Made by a program: the position numbers and the translations under genes
NCBI GenBank assembly: GCA_016839765.1
Contig: JAEOTP010000016.1
Coordinates: 32,001-96,000, forward strand
Source: Promethearchaeota archaeon
Lineage (GTDB): Archaea; Asgardarchaeota; Lokiarchaeia; Sigyniarchaeales; SOKP01
Direction of reading: 5' to 3'
DNA length: 64,000 bases
The notes under the pieces: model-generated
What the model was told of the DNA's origin: nothing
What the model saw: the letters and a program-made list of their open reading frames with translations, nothing else
Database searches by the model: none
Part shown: positions 30,288 through 40,269 of the stretch, one piece after another
Numbering within the stretch: the first letter of the stretch is position 1
Layout: each line of letters starts with the position of its first letter

Positions 30288-30593
30288 ATGAGTGAAATTC
30301 AAGAAACAGATAAAGCTATGCGAGTTTTCGCAGTTATTGGGGGAATTGTTTCTATTATAGAAACTATCTTAATAATGACCGGAACAGCGATATTGCCTTA
30401 CGCGGGAATATGGGGGATTTGGGTGTTGATCTTATCGCTATTGGTTTCAGTTTTAGTGATTGGATTAGGGATTAGGCCAATTCATTATACTCCAACATTT
30501 CTAGGAATCTTAGGAGTAGGCTTAATTGTCTGTGCTGTTTTGATTGGGGGGATTATAGTACTTTTAGCCACACTTATTGGAGCCATTAGTTAG
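30288..30593 (+). CDS. Small integral membrane protein
   Basis: 101 aa, 3-4 hydrophobic Gly-rich segments. Confidence 0.75.
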   Translation: MSEIQETDKAMRVFAVIGGIVSIIETILIMTGTAILPYAGIWGIWVLILSLLVSVLVIGLGIRPIHYTPTFLGILGVGLIVCAVLIGGIIVLLATLIGAIS

Positions 30594-30619
30594 TATTTCA
30601 AATTATATTTTTTCCTTTT

Positions 30620-31483
30620 TTATTGATTTAAGTTTACTAGTGCTAGGCTGAGTATTAAAGCACCTTCTATTTCAGATGTTTTACCTACTCTTGATGTATC
30701 TATGATTGTAGAATCTAAACCCACATAAATAGCTCCATATGCTTTACCACCACCTAAATGAACTAAGGTACGATAGATTAAGTTTCCAGAAATACCGTCT
30801 GGAGCAATGATTAAATTTGATTTATTTTTAAGGCTGGCTTCGATTAATATTTCATCATGTTTAATATTCAATTTAGGATATTTATCCTTAAGATGGTTTA
30901 CTATTTGTTTAGCTATAGTAATAGTTTTATCCACATATACATCACGGCCAATATCACCAAGCCTACCTCCACTCAAAATACTTATTCCTGGCTCAATGTC
31001 TAAAGATTGAAATAGGATAATCGCATTTTCAATAAAATGAATTTTTTTTTGATAATCATTGCACTCATCAATGCCAACAGGTCCAAAAAAGAATTGTTTT
31101 CCATCAAAAGACTCAAGTAAAGCTAAACGGTTTATTTCTGAAATGTTTAATTTGTGCTTTAAATGCATTAAAAATTTACTAGAACTCAAATTTCCCCTTA
31201 TTATAGCATTTATGATATTTTCTTTTAAATAATATATAATTTCTTCTTCTGGCTCACTACTTTCGATTAATTCAATATTATTTTTAGAAGTGCTTGAATT
31301 GTTTAATATTTGTGATACTGCTTTTGGTTCACCAAAAAAATAGATTTTCGATGAATTTTTCTTTAAAAAATATTGAGTTGTTTTAAAAACTTTTAAATTT
31401 TGAGATTGCTCACTTCCAAGACCAATTCCAATATTAGCAATTTTTCCTTTGGCTAATGATTCAAAAAAATTTAAAATATTCAT
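30620..31483 (-). CDS. mtxX: MtxX / methanogenesis marker protein 4-like
   Basis: AIIRGNL, GPVGIDE, LSGGRLGDIGR, IAPDGISGNLIYRTL, IIDTSR. Confidence 0.8.
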   Translation of the reverse strand: MNILNFFESLAKGKIANIGIGLGSEQSQNLKVFKTTQYFLKKNSSKIYFFGEPKAVSQILNNSSTSKNNIELIESSEPEEEIIYYLKENIINAIIRGNLSSSKFLMHLKHKLNISEINRLALLESFDGKQFFFGPVGIDECNDYQKKIHFIENAIILFQSLDIEPGISILSGGRLGDIGRDVYVDKTITIAKQIVNHLKDKYPKLNIKHDEILIEASLKNKSNLIIAPDGISGNLIYRTLVHLGGGKAYGAIYVGLDSTIIDTSRVGKTSEIEGALILSLALVNLNQ

Positions 31484-31503
31484 AAAACACTAAAATATGC
31501 AAT

Positions 31504-32586
31504 TTAAATAAGACTAAAATAGATATAAGCTATAATTATCGTTATTGCATTATAAAAACCATGCATAATAATAACAGCAATAAGATTTTCTTTTCTCCAA
31601 TAAAATAAAAATCCCAACAATAGGGATAATGCAAAGTATGGGAAAAAGTTTAGTAAAAAAGAAAGTAGATAATCTATTGGAGTAGCATTTCCTATTTGGA
31701 AAATTCCTATTAAATGGATTAAGGAGAAGAGTACTGCTGTGATAATAAGCCCTCCGTATTTTCCAACAGTCCTTACTAAACCTTTTTGCATGAATCCTCT
31801 AAATAACAATTCTTCTGAAGTACCGACGATTGATATCATAATAATAGCCAGAAATATCAGAGCTAAAATGTCAGAATTAGCAAGAATTATATCTATTTCA
31901 TTTAATGATCCACCTCCCGTAAATACAATATCCACACCAAGAATTAATTCCAAAATAATTTCAATAAGGAATGACACTAAAAACACTAAAATTATTCCCA
32001 AAACTGCAAATCCTAAACCAATAAAGACTTCTTTTATAGGTTTAAAATTATCATTGCCCTTTAGGGTGAATCCTAATAAAGTTAAACGATTATTGAATTT
32101 AGGATTTTGAAGATACTTTCCAACATAGTAAACTGGAACTAATATAAATATTAATTCAGTAAACGAAAGTATAGCAACAAAATATGGATTAAACATCAAG
32201 GCCGTAAGCTCTTCCAAATTCGATACAAATGGAAGAAAAAATGACGTTATTATAGTTGTTAAAGAAATCATTAAAATAAAAGCAAGTATAGGAATACCTA
32301 TTGAGTAAAAGCTACCCCACAATTGTTTTTCTCCAAGATTTAGAATATCCTCATCTGCAATTTTTTTTTGATCCCATTCAGATCTATATGGATAAATGCC
32401 TAGATCTGGAGGTGATGATTGATGTGAAATAACATTGCTTTTAATATACTCTAAGTCTACTCCACATTTAATACAAAATTTTTGTCTATCTATTTCTGGA
32501 AGTTTAAATCCACATGAAGGACAGAATGTCCAAACTTTTTTACTTAGAAATATATTTTCCTTGTGTTCTTCTTCATTCATATTCAT
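31504..32586 (-). CDS. CPBP (CAAX protease/Rce1-like) intramembrane protease with N-terminal double zinc ribbon
   Basis: CPSCG...CIKCG; EELLFRG, FSLIH, HGFYN. Confidence 0.9.
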   Translation of the reverse strand: MNMNEEEHKENIFLSKKVWTFCPSCGFKLPEIDRQKFCIKCGVDLEYIKSNVISHQSSPPDLGIYPYRSEWDQKKIADEDILNLGEKQLWGSFYSIGIPILAFILMISLTTIITSFFLPFVSNLEELTALMFNPYFVAILSFTELIFILVPVYYVGKYLQNPKFNNRLTLLGFTLKGNDNFKPIKEVFIGLGFAVLGIILVFLVSFLIEIILELILGVDIVFTGGGSLNEIDIILANSDILALIFLAIIMISIVGTSEELLFRGFMQKGLVRTVGKYGGLIITAVLFSLIHLIGIFQIGNATPIDYLLSFLLNFFPYFALSLLLGFLFYWRKENLIAVIIMHGFYNAITIIIAYIYFSLI

Positions 32587-32674
32587 TTTTATATTATGAA
32601 TTCACCTAATAATAATTATTTGTTCTAAATTAAAAATTGATTTGAAATGACAACTAAACAAATAGAACCCGTTT

Positions 32675-34435
32675 TTAATGTGTAAAATAGCAAAATAATT
32701 CATTATTATCTCTTTCAATTGGATTAACAAATCCATATCTTTCAAACTGCACAGGTTTATTTAAGGGAATGCTTACAAGATTTACTTCCCCAAATCCCTT
32801 CGAAATAGTACCGTCTGGTTTTAAAATTGATATATTTATATATTCATCTTTAGGAACCCAGTGGATTATTGTAAAATCTCTATTTAATTCTAAACTATAA
32901 TATTTTGCTTTTACTTTCTTATTCTTTAAATCCAAAGAATCAATTTCAATGTTTAATAAATCTTTTAGCCGAATAATATCTTTGGATTTCAGCTTTTCAG
33001 CATCTCTCTCTGAGATGAAAATGTATATCTTTCCATTTTTTGCTTTTCCTTTTATTTTTCTATTTCCTTTATCAGGATTTGATGGTAATAATAAAGGTTC
33101 TGCGCAATATTCTAAGAAAGGAATTTTTGAAATTTCAATTAATATTGGGTTTTCTACATAAAAATATCTATCTGAAATTTCATCGATTATAGCTTTGTTT
33201 TTTGAATATAACCAATCCTCATCAAACGTGATACCTGAAAGTGACATTCCAAGATCATATAAAGCTTCTCGTAATGCTTTTGGTTTTATTCCTCTTTTTG
33301 CCAAGGATTGTAGACTCCAGGTTCTTGGATCTTCCCACCCTTCATATTTACCATTTTGTATATTATTTCTTGCTTCTGTTTTACTTAATTTCATATTTGG
33401 AAATTTTATTCTTCCATAATGCAAAAATTCCGCTTTTTGCCAATTAAAATGATCCCAAATAAAATCTTCAATAAAATCTTCTTTAACTAAATCTATCCCT
33501 CTGAGAATGTGCGATACACCAATTAAATGGTCATCAATCGCCCAAGAAAATTCCAGCATTGGCCAAACAATGTATTTTTTTCCTGTTCGAGGATGTTCTG
33601 CTTCAGAAATCCTCATAATAATTTGATCTCTTAAAGCAGGGTCCTTTTGGTCCATACCAGTTTTTAATCTCACTACAGCCTCACCCTCGCTATACTTTTT
33701 ATGGAGCATATTATTCCATTCCTCTAGGTTCTTTTCAATAGATTGATCCCTGTGAGGACAATTTCTTTGGTGTTTTTTGTATTTTTCTCTAAATATGTCA
33801 GCAGGGCAAAAGCAAACGTATGCGATATTATCATTTAATAGCTTTTCGCAGTATTCATAAAAAATCTCTAATCTTTCACTTTTATAATAAACTTTTGAAT
33901 ATTTAACTCCCAACCAGTTTAATCCTTCTTCTATTAGCTCATAAGCTTCAAGAATTACATATTTTGCCTTAGGGCTGTCCCTCAATGATTGTGGACTTCC
34001 TATTGTATCATCAAAAAATAGAATCAACTTCCCGTTGTATCTCCTTACATATTCATCATTTAATATAACCATTCTAGCATTTCCAATGTGTAGCGCACCA
34101 CTAGGATAAGGTGCTAACCGCATTACAATTTTTTTAAAATTAGTAATATTTTGTAAATCTGGTAAAATTTTTTCCTCCTCTTTCGATTCTTTTTTATCTA
34201 ATGCATGCGGATCTAGTTGTAATAGCTTTTCTTTTTGTTGCTCGATACTTAATTTTGAGATTTCTTGGATAATATCATCTAAGAGCGGATTTATTTCTTT
34301 CGTTTGGGATCTTAAATCTGGTCTTTGTGCCATTAACTTTCCCATTACTGCCTTTTTATTAGGTTTACCTTGAAATTCAATGGCATTTTTAAGGCCACTT
34401 ATCCATAATATTTCTTTGATTTCTTTCTCATTCAT
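32675..34435 (-). CDS. gltX: Glutamate--tRNA ligase (archaeal)
   Basis: RLAPYPSGALHIGNAR (HIGH-like), KLSKT, WEDPR, QFERYGF. Confidence 0.95.
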   Translation of the reverse strand: MNEKEIKEILWISGLKNAIEFQGKPNKKAVMGKLMAQRPDLRSQTKEINPLLDDIIQEISKLSIEQQKEKLLQLDPHALDKKESKEEEKILPDLQNITNFKKIVMRLAPYPSGALHIGNARMVILNDEYVRRYNGKLILFFDDTIGSPQSLRDSPKAKYVILEAYELIEEGLNWLGVKYSKVYYKSERLEIFYEYCEKLLNDNIAYVCFCPADIFREKYKKHQRNCPHRDQSIEKNLEEWNNMLHKKYSEGEAVVRLKTGMDQKDPALRDQIIMRISEAEHPRTGKKYIVWPMLEFSWAIDDHLIGVSHILRGIDLVKEDFIEDFIWDHFNWQKAEFLHYGRIKFPNMKLSKTEARNNIQNGKYEGWEDPRTWSLQSLAKRGIKPKALREALYDLGMSLSGITFDEDWLYSKNKAIIDEISDRYFYVENPILIEISKIPFLEYCAEPLLLPSNPDKGNRKIKGKAKNGKIYIFISERDAEKLKSKDIIRLKDLLNIEIDSLDLKNKKVKAKYYSLELNRDFTIIHWVPKDEYINISILKPDGTISKGFGEVNLVSIPLNKPVQFERYGFVNPIERDNNELFCYFTH

Positions 34436-34576
34436 ATATCAGAATCAACAAAATGGAGGGATGATCTACTAAATCTTAATTTTATTAATAATATATAGTT
34501 TTCAAAAAGATAATTTTTTTAGCAATTCTTAAATAACAATAATGGTAATAGTCATCTAAAAAGTAGAAGTAAAAAA

Positions 34577-34861
34577 ATGTTTTATCGGGGATATATACTA
34601 ATAAGACTTAAAACCATAGGTGCCGAATGGAAAGTCGTTGAGAAGCTTTCAAGTCTCAAATCAACTGAATCCGAAGAAAATTGGCAAGTGACTTATGTTA
34701 CACCTGTTTATGGAGGGTGGGATCTTGTTGTTGAATGCTCATTCACTAAATTACAAGAGTTAGATAAAATTGTGGCTTATATGCGGGTAGATGATCAATT
34801 ATCTCAGTGGATTGAAGAAACGACTACATTAGTATCAAGTAAACCAGATTATTTTGGGTAA
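34577..34861 (+). CDS. Stand-alone Lrp/AsnC ligand-binding (RAM) domain protein
   Basis: GYILI...VYGGWDLVVE...IEETTTLV. Confidence 0.75.
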   Translation: MFYRGYILIRLKTIGAEWKVVEKLSSLKSTESEENWQVTYVTPVYGGWDLVVECSFTKLQELDKIVAYMRVDDQLSQWIEETTTLVSSKPDYFG

Positions 34862-34866
34862 TTTAA

Positions 34867-35538
34867 TCACCTAAATTCATTGATTTCTTTATCTATAATA
34901 TGTTTTATTACATTTTCAAAAAGGCTTAAACCCATATGTTTATAACCCTCTACTGAAAAATGTATTCCATCTCCTGTTGTAAATTCTGGTTTTAAGTAAT
35001 TTTCCTCGTCTTTCATATAAGAATAATCAGTAAAAGGAATATTATTTTTTATGAAAAATTCTTTTAATTCTTCATTAAAATCAGATTGAATTATATCATA
35101 TCTTTGACTTGAAGCTCTTTTAGTTATTGGGGGGATCAATCCTCCAATAGAGAATATTTTGTTATCTTTTGAGATTCTATGAAGATCCATTATGTTTTTA
35201 AGTATTTTCTGAGTAGAACTGCTCCAACCCAAATCATTCGTTCCAATTATTATGATTGAATAATTTGGTTTTGGATTATATGCTATTAAATCATCAATTC
35301 TGTATAACAAGCCAGTGGAAGTATCTCCAGGTATCCCTTTATTTACAAAAATTATCTCTTTTGAGATAGATACCTTTTCTTTATTTATTTTTTTTTCAAT
35401 ATATTCATCGCAGTATTCTTTTAACCAATATTCATATTGAGACTGAATATTTCCATTTCCCCTTGAAATTCCATCTGAATGGGGATAATATCCAGGCCAA
35501 CCAGCTGTTAATGAATTACCAAAGCATAAAAAAATCAT
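34867..35538 (-). CDS. SGNH/GDSL hydrolase
   Basis: FGNSLTAG, NKGIPG, GTND, DGIHF. Confidence 0.88.
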   Translation of the reverse strand: MIFLCFGNSLTAGWPGYYPHSDGISRGNGNIQSQYEYWLKEYCDEYIEKKINKEKVSISKEIIFVNKGIPGDTSTGLLYRIDDLIAYNPKPNYSIIIIGTNDLGWSSSTQKILKNIMDLHRISKDNKIFSIGGLIPPITKRASSQRYDIIQSDFNEELKEFFIKNNIPFTDYSYMKDEENYLKPEFTTGDGIHFSVEGYKHMGLSLFENVIKHIIDKEINEFR

Positions 35539-35543
35539 TTAAA

Positions 35544-36212
35544 CTACTTCTGAACTATATTTAATAATAGCATTATATCCTGAAGACTTACTTTTGATAA
35601 ATTTTTTACAATAAGATCAGCATTAAGGAGTTCATTTTTTCTATGAGTGGTAGTAAGAGCAATTGATTTCATTCCCGCCCGATTTGCGGCCTCAATGCCT
35701 ACTGGAGCGTCTTCTATAACAAGACAATTTTTAGGTTCTGTTTTCAATTTTTTAGCAGAGATTAAAAAGACATCTGGTGATGGTTTTCCATTTTTAACTT
35801 CGGCAGCGGTAATTAATACATCAAAATCTTCTTTTAATTGTAAAGTATTAATTAATAATTCCACATTTTCACGAGGTCCACTTGAACCAACTGCCAATTT
35901 GAAACCATACGATTTAAGTTCTTGGATGATTCGTTTCACTCCAGGCAATGGTTTTAATTTATCTTTTACCATTTCTCTATAATATTGTTCTTTTAGAGCT
36001 GCCCATTTTTCGACGAGTTCTTGGTCTATCCCACGTCCTACTAGTTTTCTCACAATTGTGGGACTTTGTTGACCAAATGTCTTCTCGAAAAATTCTTTTC
36101 TAAAACGATATCCCATTTCATTAGCAATTTTTACCCAGCTATCAAAATGAATTGGGCTAGTGTCTGCTAACACACCATCCATATCAAATATAACACTGTA
36201 TTGATCAAACAT
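35544..36212 (-). CDS. HAD phosphatase, beta-PGM/CbbY-like
   Basis: FDMDGVL, GSS, GKPSPD, IEDAPVGIEAA. Confidence 0.9.
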   Translation of the reverse strand: MFDQYSVIFDMDGVLADTSPIHFDSWVKIANEMGYRFRKEFFEKTFGQQSPTIVRKLVGRGIDQELVEKWAALKEQYYREMVKDKLKPLPGVKRIIQELKSYGFKLAVGSSGPRENVELLINTLQLKEDFDVLITAAEVKNGKPSPDVFLISAKKLKTEPKNCLVIEDAPVGIEAANRAGMKSIALTTTHRKNELLNADLIVKNLSKVSLQDIMLLLNIVQK

Positions 36213-36293
36213 AATTTTAATTACTTATAATGATTAGAAAAGTATTATAGTTACTCAATAATTATTAAAAATTACAAATAAATCATTTCAAAA

Positions 36294-36426
36294 GGTCTGG
36301 TAGTCTAGCTTGGATTGCTATTTTAGTTTCAATAACATAGCATAAATAGGGCGCTGGCTTGCGGAGCCAGATATCTTGTATTAAATACTAGACTGGAAAT
36401 CGAGGGTTCAAATCCCCCCCAGACCA
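36294..36426 (+). tRNA. tRNA-Arg(GCG) with two non-canonical introns (D-loop ~36316-36347; variable loop 36373-36398)
   Basis: Acceptor GGTCTGG/CCAGACC+A; anticodon arm CTGGC-TTGCGGA-GCCAG; T-loop TTCAAAT. Both inserts form hairpins with BHB-like junctions. Confidence 0.85.
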
Positions 36427-36452
36427 TTAAATTTTAAATCCCTCTGAATTAA

Positions 36453-37691
36453 TTAGGTATCTTCTATTGTAATGAATTTATCGCATCTTGGGACTAAAAA
36501 TCGACAACCATCCTTAGTAACAACGATATCTTCTTCCAATGAAACCATTCCATAATTTTTCGTTTTGACATAGAGTTCTAGAGTAAATATATTACCTTCT
36601 TCAACAATTCCTTTAGGAATATCGCCATATCGTTCCCAGAGTGGACCAAGTAAGAGACCTCCATCATGAGCATTAGTACCTAGTTGATGTCCCAAAGCAT
36701 GGGCATATTCTTCATATCCTTGAGATTTCACATAATCACGAGCTACTTTATCTACAGAAAATCCGGTAACACCCGGTTTGATACATTCTGCAGCTTTAGT
36801 AATTGCTCCATGGACGGTTTTAAAAGCGTGTGTTAATTCTTCTGGTATTTCATCTTCAGATCCGAAAAACCATATTCTCTGCAAATCCGAACAATACCCG
36901 CTAAATTTTACTCCAAAATCATTATGTAAAATATGCCCCTTTTTTGTTTTGGAATTAGGAAGGGGACCAACATGTCCATATTCTTTATCAGGCCCAGCAT
37001 CTATGGCAGGACATGATACGCGCTGCCAAGCCTCAACTACGTTGCGCTTATCCATTTCATCATGAAATAAATTCTGAATTTCCGTTTCATTCATTCCAGT
37101 TTTTATCAATTTGGTCATTTTATGATTAATTTCTTCAGTAAGCTCACAAGCTTTTGTGACAAGCTCAAGTTCTGTCTTTGTTTTTCGCCCTCGAATAGCT
37201 TGAATTAGTGGTGCAGCGCTTATAAAAAGATCCTTTTTATCGGATAAAATTGAAATGAGTTTAAGAAACATTCCATGAGAGAGACCATCTGAAACTACAT
37301 CATCCTCAGAATAATTGAGAGCAATCTTCGATGGTTTAATCCTCTGAAAAAGTTCTTTCATAGGAGCACTAATTCCTTCTTTATAAGGAATGACTACATC
37401 CCAAATACCTTTTCTTTCTTCAGCTAAAGCATCAAAATCGCCAACTATAGCAGATTTGGTAAATTTTTCCCCTTCAAATGCAAAAACAAAAGAAGATTTC
37501 CAAACCACATCACCACCAATTACTTGATTCATAATGGGATCAGGGTTAACAGAAGTTTCACGAGCAAAGATTAACCAGCAGTCAATACCTTTTTCTTTCA
37601 TAATTTTAGGGATGAGTTCATGTTTTTCTTTAACAATTTTTATCAATAGATCATGAGGTATTTTTGCTTGACTCATTATCTTCCCCTCCAT
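36453..37691 (-). CDS. Xaa-Pro aminopeptidase family (M24)
   Basis: DFG...YCSD, HALGHQLG..AHD, TLE, LEED. Confidence 0.9.
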   Translation of the reverse strand: MEGKIMSQAKIPHDLLIKIVKEKHELIPKIMKEKGIDCWLIFARETSVNPDPIMNQVIGGDVVWKSSFVFAFEGEKFTKSAIVGDFDALAEERKGIWDVVIPYKEGISAPMKELFQRIKPSKIALNYSEDDVVSDGLSHGMFLKLISILSDKKDLFISAAPLIQAIRGRKTKTELELVTKACELTEEINHKMTKLIKTGMNETEIQNLFHDEMDKRNVVEAWQRVSCPAIDAGPDKEYGHVGPLPNSKTKKGHILHNDFGVKFSGYCSDLQRIWFFGSEDEIPEELTHAFKTVHGAITKAAECIKPGVTGFSVDKVARDYVKSQGYEEYAHALGHQLGTNAHDGGLLLGPLWERYGDIPKGIVEEGNIFTLELYVKTKNYGMVSLEEDIVVTKDGCRFLVPRCDKFITIEDT

Positions 37692-37706
37692 AAGTTCTTT
37701 TTTAAT

Positions 37707-38456
37707 TTAATGAATATGGTTTAATATCTCTGAAATATCATTTACTTTTATATAATTTGGGACATTAATTTCTCTTTCAAAAGGAAATCTAAGCATTCTC
37801 TTACACAAGATTGTTTGTAATCCAGCTCTATCTCCACCAACAATATCAGCATGCTCATCCCCACATACCATGCATGTTTCAGGTTTTTCTAAACCCATTT
37901 TTTTTAATGTATACAAAAAAATATCGGGATCAGGTTTTCTTTTTCCAAACTCAGCAGATGTAACCACAACATTAAAAAATTCCATTAAATCATACTTTTT
38001 AAGTAAATTAATTATTGTCATATGATGTGGATGATTAGATAAAACCGCCATTTTAAGATTTTTAAAATTTGATAACTTTTCTAAAGTATCTTTTGTATTT
38101 TTAAAAGGAACCCATTCTTTCTCTTCATATGAATGATATAAATCTGCTAATTCGAAATAAATTTCTCTATTAACCTTCTCCAGATTCAATTCATCTAAAA
38201 CCAATTCAAATACATTCGAAGTGGGAAATTCTTTTTTTGTCTTAAGGCTTTGTTTAAAATATTGAGTTCTTTTTTTTTTGAACAATTTGGAAAATTGTTT
38301 TATGATTTCCTCGTTATTTAAAATATTAGTCTCCTTTAATTTTTCTATTGACTTTCTAAGCCCTTTTCTAAAACATTCAAAATATGTCTCTATAGAAGCA
38401 TTCCTGAATTCAAATAACGTAAAACCGAAATCAAATATTAAACCATCTATTTTCAT
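37707..38456 (-). CDS. HAD-superfamily hydrolase
   Basis: FDFGFTL, VLSN, RKPDPDIF, CGDEHAD. Confidence 0.85.
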   Translation of the reverse strand: MKIDGLIFDFGFTLFEFRNASIETYFECFRKGLRKSIEKLKETNILNNEEIIKQFSKLFKKKRTQYFKQSLKTKKEFPTSNVFELVLDELNLEKVNREIYFELADLYHSYEEKEWVPFKNTKDTLEKLSNFKNLKMAVLSNHPHHMTIINLLKKYDLMEFFNVVVTSAEFGKRKPDPDIFLYTLKKMGLEKPETCMVCGDEHADIVGGDRAGLQTILCKRMLRFPFEREINVPNYIKVNDISEILNHIH

Positions 38457-38591
38457 ATTCTAATTTATTAAAAATCTTTTTAAATTTTAATCTATCTCTC
38501 TCCTTTTATAAATTTAATTTAATTTGGATTTGTTAAAGATTTAATAATAAACAAGTTTTTTAAGAAAAATTAATAACTTATTTGAAGTACC

Positions 38592-39122
38592 ATGTCAATT
38601 AAAAAATGGCTTACTGATGATACAATTGGAGAGGATAGGAAAAAAAGAGAAGAGGAATATAATAAATTATCCAAGGAAGAAAAGACAGAATTAAAAAAGA
38701 AAAAGCTACAACAAATAATTCAAAAAGACAAGAAGCAAAAGCCAGTTATTACAAAATCAGAAAACTTTTTGAATGAAGTTATAAAATTTAAGGAATGGTT
38801 AGACGATAGAAATTATATAAAAGGAGATTTAGTTAAAATTGAAATGTGGATAAAAAATTTATATAGGAGGCTTGAATCTAATCATATTCAAAACCAATTA
38901 CAGAAAAAAAATATCTCTAAGTTAAAGGAAAAATATAGAGAAATTCCACTAGCATTTTTAGATGAAAAAACCAGAATTGCGTTAAACAAGAAATTAAGGA
39001 ATGTTAATAGAACAGCATCAGATAATTATTATCTAAGAAAATTGAAAGAGACCATAAAAGAAAGATTAAAAGAAGCGGAATATTATGAGACTTTAAGAAA
39101 AATTTTAGAAAATAGATCTTGA
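38592..39122 (+). CDS. Hypothetical basic helical protein
   Basis: 176-aa ORF with typical composition, upstream of a nucleotidyltransferase. Confidence 0.7.
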   Translation: MSIKKWLTDDTIGEDRKKREEEYNKLSKEEKTELKKKKLQQIIQKDKKQKPVITKSENFLNEVIKFKEWLDDRNYIKGDLVKIEMWIKNLYRRLESNHIQNQLQKKNISKLKEKYREIPLAFLDEKTRIALNKKLRNVNRTASDNYYLRKLKETIKERLKEAEYYETLRKILENRS

Positions 39123-39144
39123 TAAAACAGAAAAAACGAGTAGA

Positions 39145-40233
39145 ATGTGGTTAATTTGCCCTATTGCTGGAGTTGGGACACGTCTTCAACCTTTTACATA
39201 TTCTAAGCCTAAAGCTTTTTTAAAAGTGGCAGGAAAAAGATTAATTGATCATATATTAATCAAATTACAAAAAACATTCCCCAAAAATACAAACGTATGC
39301 TTTATAGTAGGATACAAGAAAAGGCAAATTACCGATTATTTACAAAAAAATTACTCAGATTATTTTAACTTGGAATTTGTTGAACAAATTCCTTTGGGTT
39401 TCGAGGCAGATTCTCCTTTTTTTAGTGGTTTGGGTGATGCGATACTATTAGCGAAAGACTATGCTTATAATGATGACTGTTTTATTTTTCTTAGCGATCG
39501 TTTACCTTTAGAGGATTATTCATCTATTCTTCTAACTTACCATCAAGGAAATTGTGAAGGAATTATTAATATAAAGAAAGTTGAAAATCCTCAATTTTAT
39601 GGAGTAACTGTGCTAGATGAAAATGGATATGTAGAAAAAATAGTGGAAAAACCAAGTGAGTTCATTTCTGATTATGCTGTGTCCGGAGCGTATTTATTTG
39701 GGAAAATTATAGCCCCAAGATTATTTCAACTATTAGAAGAGCAAAAGAAAGTTGAAATTAAAAATGGAAAAGAACACCAATTAACTCCAATTATTCAAAT
39801 GTTAGTTGAGGAAGGTGTTAAACTTAAAGTTAATGAAATGCAGAACGAAATCTTAGATTTTGGTCGTCCTGATAGTTTATTAGATGGTAATCGTCATCTT
39901 CTCTCAGAAATAAAGTTAAAAGATCCTTTATATGAAAATCAATCCCGTTCTGGAAATATCGTAGATTCTAAGATTGTTCCTCCTGTATTTATTGGAAAAG
40001 ATGTAAAAATAACTGATTCAGTAATTGGTCCTAATGTATCGATAGGAGATGATTTAGTTATTGATAAATGTATTCTTTCTGAATCTGTTATTGGAGATGG
40101 TGTAATTATGAAAAAAATAATATCAACTAATAGTATTATTGGAGACTATTCAATTTTGGAAGATTTAATAAAAAATAATATTACTATTGGAGATTCTACT
40201 TATATCACTACGTCTAATATGAAATCCTTTTAG
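39145..40233 (+). CDS. Sugar-phosphate nucleotidyltransferase (glucose-1-phosphate thymidylyltransferase long-form-like)
   Basis: AGVGTRLQPFT..KPK, VEKP, C-terminal left-handed beta-helix (IGPNVSIG). Confidence 0.9.
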   Translation: MWLICPIAGVGTRLQPFTYSKPKAFLKVAGKRLIDHILIKLQKTFPKNTNVCFIVGYKKRQITDYLQKNYSDYFNLEFVEQIPLGFEADSPFFSGLGDAILLAKDYAYNDDCFIFLSDRLPLEDYSSILLTYHQGNCEGIINIKKVENPQFYGVTVLDENGYVEKIVEKPSEFISDYAVSGAYLFGKIIAPRLFQLLEEQKKVEIKNGKEHQLTPIIQMLVEEGVKLKVNEMQNEILDFGRPDSLLDGNRHLLSEIKLKDPLYENQSRSGNIVDSKIVPPVFIGKDVKITDSVIGPNVSIGDDLVIDKCILSESVIGDGVIMKKIISTNSIIGDYSILEDLIKNNITIGDSTYITTSNMKSF

Positions 40234-40269
40234 ATTTTTAAAAAAAAGAGGATTTGTTAAATTTGTAAA

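Noticed and set aside
34867-35538. GNS instead of GDS in the SGNH hydrolase
   Set aside because: Catalytic Ser, Gly, Asn and DxxH are intact; this variant is unremarkable.
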